Assembly: GCA_973851085.1 (NCBI GenBank)
Contig: OZ316775.1
Location: 1-64,000 of the forward strand
Length of the DNA: 64,000 bases
DNA from: Ptychomitrium polyphyllum
Taxonomy: Eukaryota
Reading direction: 5' to 3'
Below the pieces are notes generated by a model that saw nothing but the letters and a program-made list of their open reading frames with translations, had not been told where the DNA came from and ran no database searches. The position numbers were made by a program, and so were the translations under genes. Positions 20,451-32,700 of this stretch are shown here, piece by piece. Each line of letters opens with the position of its first letter. Position 1 is the stretch's first letter.

Positions 20451-21845
20451 CTTTCGGAATCATATAAGCCTGCAAAGAGAGCATGGCGGTGTGCAAAAAT
20501 TTGCTCAATTGATCAGCTGGGCTGCTTTTACAACTCCAGATGTAACTGCAAAGAAGAAGCTATCAACTCAGTTCAACATTGGCAAGTCAGTAAGGCTGAA
20601 TCTTTCTCCTCAGGCTCGGTTGAGAGAGCAGTTACCTGCGTCCATTTCTGCGCAGCCAAATGTATCACCAAGCAGCCAGCAATCCTTCCAAGCTACTACA
20701 TCTCGTGACCAGGACTCTATTATATCTGGAGGTGTTCAAAGTTCTGAAGATGTTCATGAGTTTGTCTATGAAGGAATCAATTTACGAAGCTGGAATTGGA
20801 GAGTGGCTGATTTGTGTCGGATCCTGTGTTCTGTCTTGGTCCCTGTCGGCAATGCCATGAGCTTTGCAGCGGGTATTCAAGGAGGACTGGATGGGGCCGC
20901 TAATTCGAGTGTTTATTGGGAGCAAGCCACTCGTTTTATCATTGATGTGTTGATTAATGTCTTCCAAGCACGTGATGAGAACTCGGGTGAAGTCAACAGT
21001 GCATTCAGGTCTGATGCTTTCATCTTATATTGATCTTCTTTGATTCTATTTTGGATATTTTAAGCTTCTCATTTTGTAAGTATTCACATGGTAGTTGTAC
21101 TTCTGGTTGTATTAGAAAAAATCTACTTTGTTGGCTCGGAAAGTGCTTACTGTTACACTCGCGTTTATTTTTAGTATTTGTCCTAGTTCGTATATATTTG
21201 TGCTGTATGATTTGCAGCGAACTTATAGGCACAACAGCTGAAATCTAACCATTATGATGTTGCAACTTTCGTTTGGCAATGTTCACAGATTACAATCGAC
21301 CACACTTCAGCATTGTGTTCTCCATGTATTCAAGAAGATGTTGGAGGGTACACCAACAGTCGTGAATTTGTTTCCCAAGGACGGAGTATGGGAATTAGTG
21401 TTCTCCGAGTGGTTCTTCTACTTTGCATTTGGAGATTTAAATAGATATCCTGAAAGAGGAAAAAATAGCGATTTAAATTCAGGAGTTACGTTCAAATCTA
21501 ATTGGAAGATTCAAAAGACCCTAAGTTCTGATGTGAACATTAGTGCACACAGAGTCCAAATCCTCAAGAATTTTCGCTCTCAATCATTGTGTCTTCAGAC
21601 ACTGAGCCCTTATGCCTGGAAATGATATCATTTTTGGATTTGGCTGCAACCACATCTGGCATTTCAGATAATTTGGTAATTATTGACTCCTTAGTGATGA
21701 ATACTTCAACGACTAAGGTCCAAGAGATTTGCATGAAGTGGTGCTTCTTCAACGTTCGAACAGGTACAGCAAATCCCATTCATATTTCATTTTGACATGG
21801 AATCATACAATCTTCCAATCATCTTTTTCTTTTAGCCTGTTGGAT
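20451..21845 (+). pseudogene. Partial, intron-containing BEACH domain-containing protein B (BchB-like) gene fragment
   Basis: Peptides EHGGVQKFAQ, WNWRVADLCRILCSVL, TLQHCVLHVFKKML..GVWELVFSEWFFYF and LEMISFLDLAATTSG resemble the N-terminal region of plant BchB. There is a frame change inside the exon at ~21560-21590, and the fragment is truncated at both ends. Confidence 0.7.
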
Positions 21846-22205
21846 TGAGAAGGTTTTGTGAAATTGATTTGTCATTATTCACTTGAATTGAAATTTTGAA
21901 CTTGGTGTTTGGAATGTGTGTGAACATGGACTGATTTGGGGTCAGAATGAGAGTACTTCCTCGCCGGACACCCCAAACCCTAATTTTTGCAGAACTTGAA
22001 ATTTTCAAAAAAGCTTTGGGTTTTAGGAATCCTTGTGACATTACAATTCAGGTGGTGTGCAGATGTCGCGTAGAACCTTAGAATCCAGCCATACCTAAAA
22101 CCTCTAGGACGCTCTTGTAACCCTAAACCCTAAACCCTAAAACTTGGACGCTCTTGTAACCCTAAACCCTAAACCTAAACCCTAAACCCTAAAACCCTAA
22201 AAACC
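21845..22205 (+). mobile_element. Short left-truncated copies of the element terminus (~275 bp and ~14 bp), each followed by CCCTAAA repeats
   Basis: Homologous to 11470-11750. GGACGCTCTTGTAA-CCCTAAA occurs at 22107-22127 and 22146-22166. Confidence 0.85.
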
Positions 22206-22845
22206 TGGTCATCTTGGACCTGGTCTTTATGCCAGTGGAGGACGCCCGGTTCTTTTCCGGTCCACATTTCTCCCCTACTTGAATATTCGCCAGGCCCAAT
22301 GCTGTATGTGAAGAATGGAGCTCTTCTATAATACTGGCCCCTAGTCCCAGACAGTGCAGTAAGCCGATGGCATTCGAGTGGAACAGTGCTGTGTTCTATA
22401 TAGGGGTGACTGAGACATAGCCGTAGTGGTCTTGTGAAACTAATTTTGCTCTCCTCCGTTGAGTTGAAATTGTAGACGGTCTTGTGAAATTGAATTTGCT
22501 TTACACAGTTGAGTTGCAATTTTGAACCTTATGCTTGGAAAGTGAGTAAACCCGGGCTGATTTAGGGTCAGAACGAGGGTAATTCCTTGCCTGAAACCCT
22601 AAACCCTAATTTTTGCATAACTTGAAATTTTCAAAAAAGCTTGGGTTTTTGGAATCCTTGTGAAATTCCGGTTCTGGTGATGTACCTGGTCGTCTGGAAC
22701 ATTGAAATCCAGGCATACCTAAAACCTCTAGGACAGACTTGTAACTTTAAATCCTAAATCCAACCATACCTAAAACCTTCAAGACACTCTTGTAACCCTA
22801 AATTCTAAATCCTAAACCCTAACAATATTTTTAGATCCTAAACCC
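22206..22845 (+). mobile_element. Older, diverged left-truncated copies of the element terminus (~540 bp and ~40 bp) with decayed telomeric repeats
   Basis: Aligns to 10957-11750 with many substitutions and only 2 units of the 50-bp repeat. Termini at ~22744 and ~22795 are followed by CTTTAAA/TCCTAAA/CCCTAAA. Confidence 0.85.
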
Positions 22846-22849
22846 GGTC

Positions 22850-25080
22850 TTAAGATAGGATCTATGAATAGTTTTAAGAAGATGATGGGAGATGTTAAAA
22901 TCATTTTGGAAGTTGTTAGTAAGATTTTGAGGAGGTAATGTCAACTTTTTTCTCATGCTCAACACATAATTTAAGCATATAAAGCTTTCTAATACCATAT
23001 TTGTAATTGTAATGATTAATTTAGGAAAAATAAAGCACATCAATTTGGAAAAAAAATTCATAAACTCTGAAACACCATTGTAATTCTAATGATTTTTTTA
23101 TGATATAAAATTAACAAGTTTTTCATCAAATTCTTATGATATTTTTAATTTAAACTAAAAAATCATAGAAAAGAAAATAAATAATTTAAAATGCCTTTGC
23201 AAATTCAACTTTCATAAATAGGAATACATATTCTTTGATTATTCATATATGCAAATTTATAAAATTTAACCATTTATGTATAAAAATTCAAGTTTCTTAT
23301 AAATACTTAGGTTTAAAATTATTCAATGCTTCATCAAATTTATACTTTGAATTTATTTAATAATGCAAAGTTTTATTTGTTTAAAGTTTTTTTTTTCCAA
23401 AATCACCTTTAGAAATCATTTCTTAAATATTTGATAGTTTTATCTATTTTATTTTTTTCATTTTAGATTTATTGATATGTTCTTTTTACCTTATGCATCT
23501 TTAAATCATTTGAGAATACAAAAAGTTTTAAAAAATATTTTTATAATATGTTTATACATTTTTTTCCTTCATTTAATTTAATTTAGCTTAGCTGATCTTA
23601 TTAACATTGTATTAGATTGGAACTTAAATGATTTAAGCTATAAGACCTTAAAAGCACCAACTATATGCAATCATTGTATAATTACATGATTAGTAAATAT
23701 ATTATTTTAATGGGATCAAATATCATAAATCTATATTAAAAGCTTAAAAACAAATCAAAAAGGTGCAATCATTGTATAATTACATGCTTTGTATATATAT
23801 TATTTTAATGGAATCAAATATCACAAATCTATATTAAAAGCTTTTAGACAAACCAAGAAGGTCCAAGGAGGTTTAAAAAAGTCCTTAGAAGGTTTCCATT
23901 TCTAATAAGTTGTTGAAGAAACTACTTTAGTCTTGTAATAAAGAAAAACTTCCAAAGAAGCAATTTGATAATCTTAAAATGTAAAGTGTTGTATTGATAG
24001 CTTCTTTAGAAGCTTCTAAGGCATATTAAGTTTATAAAATATATAGAAGTCAAGGATAAAAAGATTTTTAATCTCAACAATACGTCTTTTATGGTTTAGT
24101 TCAAACCTCTTAGTCTTGTATCTTGCCATAATTACTTGTATTTGATATAAAGTCTAATCATTCCATTATTTCTATCTTAAATCTTTATTTTGTATTTTCA
24201 TTATAATATCAAATAGGCAAGGAACAACAAATTGTGACTTTTATATTTGTTTTTAAATTAAATTATTCAATTTCTTCCTGTGTGAATAATAGAATTAGAA
24301 ATAATATAAGGAATAATGAAATATACAAGGTTGTATCTATAATAGTTCTTTATAAACAAAAAAACAATAAAGAATGCTTGCTATACAATAACATAATAGA
24401 AATTACATAAAAATTAATAAATACATATAAATTTCAATCAAAACAATACTTATAAAGCTCTAGTGGACTTTAAAGCCTCTTTCTATTTAATTGATCAATG
24501 AACAATTTATCATTGTAATAAGAGTTAGCCAATTACACCAATGAATTGCTCAAATTGGTGAAAAAGTTGTATTTCTAGAAAAGTACAAGAAATACTATTT
24601 GAAGATCCAATGTCTTATCAATTTAAAAATAATGCTTTTTACAAACAATATAAACTTGTACATTACAATTTTAGTATATTTTAAAAAATAAATTAGTTTG
24701 ACTTAAATATTTAGGAAGAAGATAAAATAATAAAAAATTCTAATCAAACTTATTTAAAACAAAATAAAATATCTTCAAAAAAGCTCTTACCATTTTAAAT
24801 ACATAAATAAGCTTTACATTTTCTATGGCATTAATCAAAGGTCTTAATTTAATACCATGTTGATGTATACATTCAAAAATTCTATAAAGAAGTTCAAGAA
24901 TCCTTCATCTCCTTTATAGAAATTAGATGAGAAAAGAAAATTATAAACTTCAATAAATAGAAACTTCAATAATTAGATAGCAATCTGTGTTACTGAAAAA
25001 CACAGTAAATTAAAAATCACACCTTTATAAAAATCAAGAAAGTTCAATTTTTTTTGAAAAAAAGAATCGGTTCTTTCCTG
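22850..25080. other. Very AT-rich intergenic DNA (probably decayed repeat), containing a ~80-bp direct duplication at ~23666 and ~23764
   Basis: No credible ORFs; TGCAATCATTGTATAATTACATG...AAATCTATATTAAAAGCTT is present twice. Confidence 0.5.
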
Positions 25081-25960
25081 TTACAGTCTACTTTTCTCCT
25101 CTTGTGTGAAGTTGTTGAGTTGAGGAATTGCAAGGGCAGAGGTGGACCAGTGCTGGGTGCAGCAAGGAGGGCGGGGTGGGGGGACATCCTTCACTCCTGA
25201 AAACGCCCTTCAAATGTCCCGAACGCTCAACAAGTCGTAGATTCGGGCAACGAAGGAACCACGCCCGAGTCCGAGGGCCGAAGGCTTCGTCGCATTCCGC
25301 GTCCAGACATGGCACCCAGGATGGCGCTTCCTTATCCAACACCAACAGTGCCGATAAGGGAAGCTCACACATTAACACAGGACCCTCCTTGCAACAGCAT
25401 CGACACTACCGGAGCTCACGTAGATTCGAAAACCGTAAGTGTTCATCTTCTGTAGATATCGTCAGTCTGGGGTGCTCTGCTGGCTTTGGGCATGCCCCTC
25501 GGCAACCGAGGTCGTCGTCGCCTCATTCACTCCTCTGCTGCGACATCGCAGCTAGTCCTCTGCACCATCACAATTGCTGTGCATTCAGGCCCGAAGCTGG
25601 AGCTTCTGCATCTTCTCTAATGGTACCCAACTTCTCTTCAAATCTCATGCTCTGTGACATTCTCCTTGTGCCATCTCAGAATCAATTATTCGTAGTTTAG
25701 GATATGGCCATGGATTCATGTCTTAGTCGCTTCGGATTATGGGTGGACAGAACCTGGTCGCCATTTATTTAGGATATGGTCATGTCGAGGAGCAGAATGT
25801 ATGTCGCAATCGCTTCAGAATGTGGTTGAACTGAGCGAGGCTACGCCGTTCTTTTCTGCCAATATATAGCAATGTCAATTTGATTTTGGTTTGAGGAGTT
25901 CGAGATTGAGGTGATATTTAGTGTGATGATGACGATGACGATGATGATTATGAATCGCAG

Positions 25961-27606
25961 GCTTCGGCCGCGTCTATTGCGAGCAAGGTCACTGCCGCGT
26001 CGCAATTCTCTTCGGTTAGCAATTGGGTTCATTCGAAGGTTTCCTCTAATTCGTCGAAGACAAGGTACATTGACTCTAGAAGGGCTTGCAGCTTCAGGGT
26101 TCGGCCCTTGGCGTGTAAGGCTAGAGAAGATGTAGAATACGCAGTAAAACATTCTACCACTGTGGATTCGTGTGTGGAAGAGTTCTTGCAATCGAAGAAC
26201 GAGAGTAACGGAGCTGCGGAGGTTAACTCATGCCAGCAGAGTGGAGGCCGCTTATTTGCACTTGTGCTGGCGACATTGCAAACGGTGGCGCCGATTCCCT
26301 TCGATGGAAGTGCGGGAGAATGGGGAGCCAGTCCCGCAGAAGCCGTGCTCTACTCGCCCGACACCAAAGTGCCTCGCTCTGCCGAAGTGGCGCTCCGGAG
26401 AGCAATTCCAGCTGTGAACATTTCCATGAAAAAGATGCAGGAGTCTCTGGAAGACATCTTCTACCTGCTCCGCATTCCTCAGCGCAAACCCTATGGTAAG
26501 TAAAACCATTCCTCCAAATCTTTTCGTTGTCAAAAATGCACTGAGTTATATGGCATTGACTCTGTTTTCTTACGGCTCAAGTTTCGCGTGGCACTTGGCG
26601 ATTGACAAGAGAGTAAAGTGTCCAGGTACTATGGACAGTGATGTGAAGAAGGCCATCAAACTAGCTACAGACGACAAGTCTGCAATTCTCGCTGCTCTGC
26701 CCGCCGATCAGAAGGAGAAGGGTAAGCAGCTGTACAATGACCTAATGGAAAGCAAATATGGTCTTGCGGGCCTGGTGGATGCTATTGCTGCGAAGGACGC
26801 AGACAAAGTGTCCATCCGCCTTGCCTCGTCTCTCGACACAATTGCGCAACTGGAAGTGATGCAAGCTACGGGGTTGGCGTTTCTTCTCCCTTCTCAGTAT
26901 CAGGGCTATCCTCATCTCACAGGACGAGCAGTTGCAGAGTTCATTCTGGAGAAAGGCGATGGCTCAACCTTCACAGTGGCTTCAGGCGGTGGTCCTCAGC
27001 CCGTTGGGGTTCTGGAGATTGTCTTGGACGGTTACTCTGCTCCCTTGACTGCAGGTGAGTAGTGGAGCAATGCTGCGATTATCGTATGGCAATTGATTTG
27101 GCCTAAGTTGTGAAGAGTCATGAATCCGCATCCTGACTCAAGTATTTGGCTCGACAGGGAACTTTGCGGATATGATTCAGAGAGGTGTGTACGATGGAGT
27201 GAAGCTGCGCAACACTGAGCAAGCAGTGCTGTCCGACACGGAGAACCTTGCTGGAGCAGGGCGGGAGTTGCCGATAGAGATTCTTCCTTCCGGGGAGTTT
27301 CAACCTTTGTATAGGACCACTCTCAACGTCCAGGACGGAGAACTGCCAGTGCTGCCGCTCTCTGTGTATGGGGCTGTTGCTATGGCCCACAACAAGACTT
27401 CTGAAGATTTCTCCTCGCCTTCACAGTTCTTTTTTTACCTTTATGATAGGCGTAACTCTGGATTGGGTGGGCTGTCGTTTGAGGAGGGCCAGTTTTCGGT
27501 GTTTGGGTATGTTACCAAAGGTCGGGAGCTTCTCTCGCAGCTCAAAACAGGAGATGTCATCAAAGAGGCCAAGCTTGTATCCGGAACCGATCGCCTTGCT
27601 CAATGA
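25961..27606 (+). CDS. CYP37: Chloroplast peptidyl-prolyl cis-trans isomerase CYP37 (exons ~25961-26495, 26626-27054, 27158-27606; start codon probably in a short upstream exon near 25776)
   Basis: S/A-rich transit peptide, then AVLYSPDTKVPRSAEVALRRAIP, EDIFYLLRIPQRKPYG, LDGYSAPLTAG and LPLSVYGAVAMAH..QFFFYLYDRRNSGLGGLSFEEGQFSVFGY. Introns are GT-AG. Confidence 0.92.
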
Positions 27607-29729
27607 CATCAAGAGAAACTGTAGGTTAACTCTTCCAGCTGATTTAGCTGCCCCTCGCAATTAATTTTGCACCCTCTTGCTGCGTCTGAGAATTCATGGA
27701 ATCATTGTTGGTTGGGCTGTTTGATCTCCGTGTCTTTAGTCTTGTTGAGGCCGTATTTGTTCCGGGATTTGACATCATGCTGCACCGGCGTGGTTATGAA
27801 TAGAATTACGTGTGTGTTTCAGCATTATAGCTGGTACGTGGTGTCTGAGAGCATCGGATGAACGGATTGAACTGAGCAGTTTCGGCGAGGAACTTTCTAC
27901 TGCCTCCAGAGTTTAAATCTTAAATTGCAGCTTTCACTTCATGGAACAATACTTCGAAAATCAACTATCGATTTATATTCCAATTCACCTTGTGAAAGCT
28001 GTCTAAACGAAGAAAAATTACAGAATGGCAAGTGCTTTAGCTGTAACTTAGAGTAAACTATAAGTTATATCCTCGTGTCCAATTACAGTACAATGAAGCA
28101 CAATTGAAACTTGAACAGGAGAGCTGGAGTTCACTGGCACTTCTATTCAAGAAGTGCCTGGGAATGATGTAGCTCTATCATAGCTTATAATTAATACAAT
28201 TTTAGATTGTGAGTCAAATCAATGATCATGACTATGAGGATTTATGCCTCATAATAGAAAGTAGTCCAATGTCTATGGTTCTACATAGAAGCAACATTTT
28301 TTGGAAACTTCACATTTGAAATTCATAATGTATTATTCAAATTACAAGTGAGAAATGAAATATAAAAATATAAAAACGAAATTGAAACATTTATGTGGTA
28401 GAAGAGGTTCAAATAAGAAATAAATGTACATTCTAAAGAATTTTGAATAAAACAAGAATTATTTTAATATCAACAAATCACTTGTCAATTGATAAGGCAT
28501 ATACTTAACGCAATCCTCTTCACATCATTCTATATATGGTCTATATTAGGACGACTAAGTTTAAGAGATCTACAAGGATTTAAGGGATTCACATCCACAA
28601 GGATTTAAGGGATCTACATCCACAAGGATGTAAAGGATCCACAAGGGAATTTACCGTCTACTGTAGGAACCATAAACTTATTTTATAAATCTTCTAGAAG
28701 CATCTTTATATATAGCTTTAGGTAGTTGGCCAAAGGACATAATATGTAGCAATTATATCAATTAAGATTATTACATGCATATTAAATGCATCAAAAATTC
28801 CTAAAAACACTACTTTATTATTCCAAATACAAACTCTTATATAAAGTATATTTTTAAAACTTATTATTAAAGAATTTCTTTCCATATAATTGAGCTACAT
28901 AAGGCTCTTTACAACATGGGATCATCAATTATACAAGTATTCATTATTTATAAAGTAGTAAAGGTTTAATTCTAAATATGAATATATTTCACCAAAAAAA
29001 TTCATATAAGTAACATCACAATAGTAAATGGATCATTTTAGAACTTAGATATTATGAATAAAACTTAATATCTTAATTTAGATATAAATAAACATTTATT
29101 GCAATTCACCACCCCTTGTCATTGTATATTTTAATTAAAAAATGTTAAAGTAATAATATTTTGAACTATCAAACTCTAAAATATATCTTGTTAATTGCTC
29201 CTACAGTTTGGCAAATTACATGCTTGCACAACCTATTTCATGCTTGACTATTGTATGCAATATGAAGATGTTATGAAGATGTTATATTCCTACAAGATTT
29301 ATGAAGGTAAGTGTTAAAGTCTGCAATTTGATTCCTTCATTTATGATAGGAGGGTGGATTAATTTTTTTTAAATGTCCAAAATCAATTATGAGGCAGAAA
29401 GAGTGGACGTTTTTATAATATGCAAGGATGGAAACAAGACATGCCAACAAAATTTCTAGATTATGAATCCAGGTTTGAGAAAAGAAATCAAAGCTGGTCA
29501 ATTTCACAAGTCAATCTGCAGTGATATTATAATAGATCACAAGAATAATACAACACCAAGCAAACAATTTCTTTCAGAAAATATCCTGCAACCTTGTTTT
29601 CAATATATAAAAGACATTGCCACTCTAATTACAGACAAGAAATACATAAAGAACAGTAGGATTTGTGACCGGTTCGCTAAAACTCCAAGGATCACACACA
29701 GCTTTACAAAGCAGCGTTCAGAAACACTG

Positions 29730-32700
29730 TTACCGAGAGCTCAGAAGGCTTCTATTTGGTATAGCTCGCGTTCTGGTGTCAATCCCAGGAGATTTTCCCC
29801 CATGAACCTCGACATCATGCCTGCATTACAGAATCCATCAAAATACCATAACAATTATGCCCAAATGGTACGTGAACTGCAATCCCGCTTAGAAATTCGC
29901 CTATAAATAAAAGCATGATTGATCCTAGAACTTTTAGACGACATATACAAGCATTTTCAAATTGCTAAGCAGTATAGCAGATAATTCTGCTAAAATCTAC
30001 CTAATAGCTTTGAGCTCAAAAACACCCATGCACAAGTACCAACTCCGCTCAAAACAAATGCGAAAAAAATGGCGAGACATACTGGAAAACAAAGTCTGGA
30101 ATAGTCAATTGTTCTCGGGGTACATATCTAAAGAGATCTGACAATCTCTCTACATAGACCACCTTCTTCCAAACCTGTTCACATATAATACATTGCAGTA
30201 TTAGAAAGTAATCCGAGCAAGTTTCCTTCCATAAGCACTCAAATAAATAATCACTACACACAATGTTTTACGAGACTAGTAACCCCGTAAGAATCAGGAC
30301 ATATATACTTGTAAAAAATTCGGTAACTATTGCGTTCTTAAGATCCTACCTCAGGTTCTACCAGTAAATTCAACGCCATCACTGTTGCCCTCAAACCAAG
30401 AGTTGGATGCAGTATATATATTGCCTGCAATAGGCACACAACCCTGAGTAATTACTTGACATTGCACTAGTCAACTCCAGTTAAGAATGTAAAAGGAAAC
30501 TGCAACCAATGAAAAATTCTACCATCAGGGATACCTATACACTTAAGTCGTGTATCTGTATACATACCTGTAAATTATACTCATGCCTCCGACCTAAAAT
30601 CTGATGAAGGCGCTTAACCCATCCCAAATTTGGGTGTCTGTGACCAGGTCAAAGCACATGTTAAAAAGATTATGACAAACACTAGGCCCTAGTCACATGA
30701 ACACAATACAAATAGAACGTAAATTTTGCAGAAACCGGAACAAACTGCACATTTATGCAAGAAATAGAGGGCTTCTAATCTTGCCACAAACTAATTGCAA
30801 CTGTAACGCACACTTGAGTTAAATAGGAAGAAAACTCACATTGAGAGTGCTGCAGCTGAATGGAAGTACACAACTGAATAAGGCCTATGGACGAGTGGTT
30901 CCATCTCCTATGATACAAAATATCGACACCTCATGATCAACACACTACATATATTTGATGATAACAAATCGCCTAGTCAGCAAAATACTAGATTCCACAG
31001 CTTCATAAGTTCTCAGAGACCTACCCACTCAAGCTGGGAAACTCTTGAAAGGAAGAATTCATAAAAATATCGCTTGGACACTAATATGCCTATGTACATC
31101 TTCGAAACGATCCGAGTACAAAATAAATAAAATAAGAATTAGGGCCACCACAACAGAAATACTAAGACAAAACGATGTGCCAAGTACTATACACTAACCT
31201 TCACAACATACAGTGCAAAACGCTCCAGGTCAAGACAACGAAGGAGAAAGTGAGCCCCAACAACAACCATGATTGGTCGTCCATCCACATCGACTCCACC
31301 TCGGTACCTGCAATAATTTTAAAGATAAATCTCAGACAGCTAATCATTAGCCACTACAACTCCGTTATATCCCTTTCAAACGATGATAAAAGAACATTTG
31401 CATAACAAAGGTGGGAACAGAAATTACAATATCTTCATTTCTGCAACTTCTGTCAGATTCACTGCATTTGCTCTTGCAAGAAATCGCCCATGAAGAGAGT
31501 CTTGTTCGGTAGAAGAGAGGGCAGGGGCCCCTAGACCTCCAAGACCTAACCATCTGCCCCAAGCCCAGCCTTCCTGAGATTGTGCAGCTTTCTCCCACTG
31601 CTCTTTCCGTCTCTGATCAGGATCTCGTGTCATTGACATGAAGGCTGGGTCAACCAGCCCATCAATGGAGTCGTGCCTACATACATACCCAAGGACTAAA
31701 AACATCAGAAATTGGAACACCCGGCATTACTACACATGAAAATATTTTTTCCACATCAAAAGACTCTACAAAACCAACAAAAGGGCCAAGTACTGAGCGT
31801 AATGCAGCGAGAGTACAAGAGCCTCACATAATGGAGCATACTACCATCATTAACGACTTAGTAGAACATGTTTCGTTAAATGTGGTATCCAAGATTGATC
31901 CCACATCAGGCAGCTTAACGGTTCATCATTGTATACACCCTGTTCCCGAAAATTCACCTTTTAATAACAGTTGAGCGGTAAGTAGGGGTAACATCTCCTG
32001 ACACGGGCTGTGTGGGAGTTGGGAAGCCATCTGTCCCCGGCAAAGCCGATATTCTGATCTTACGTTCAGAAATAACGGTCTCTCCATTTTCATCACCTAC
32101 GTCGCTTGGTAGCTTGGTAGCAGCGATTTCCTCCTCATTCTTATCTCTTGGAAAATACAACGGAAGCAATCTGTCCAACAACCATACTTGATCAAGTTGT
32201 GTTTTTTCAAAACACAATAAAACCGCAATGATTGATTGTGATATAGGACATAACCTCCTGTAAGAACACTAATTTGAAGGACATATCGTGCATTCCGTAC
32301 CACAATCTCGTGCCACTACTCTAGGCCACAGTACTTACCAAGAAATTACATTTTACTGAAGTAAAATCTAGTTAAATGAAAAACGGAAGAATTTTTGTAG
32401 TAAATTCAGCATGTTTTGAATAAATTTCGGAAAGCACAGCATTCTTGTTCCACGATGATTTGAGTCCACAGAAATTGTGTAGCTATGTGTAGCCAAAGTT
32501 TCCAAATTATCAAATCCTTGCCGAAGCTTGAGCATCCCTCATTGACAACACATCTTTGCAGAAAAAGACGCGAATCAACTGACCTTTTATAGATGTCTGT
32601 ATCAGTAGCATTTGATGTGCAAAAAACTACAGCACTGATCTTATCCTTGTGCTTCTCCAAGAAACGCCTTATGGTCCCTGCTGGATTTGCATATGTTTTA

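Noticed and set aside
25088..25700. 190-aa and 96-aa ORFs upstream of CYP37
   Set aside because: No recognisable homology; probably promoter or UTR sequence.
28555..28650. Short ~24-bp imperfect repeat (CCACAAGGATTTAAGGGAT)
   Set aside because: Small degenerate tandem repeat in AT-rich intergenic DNA; its resemblance to TTTAGGG is too weak to call telomeric.
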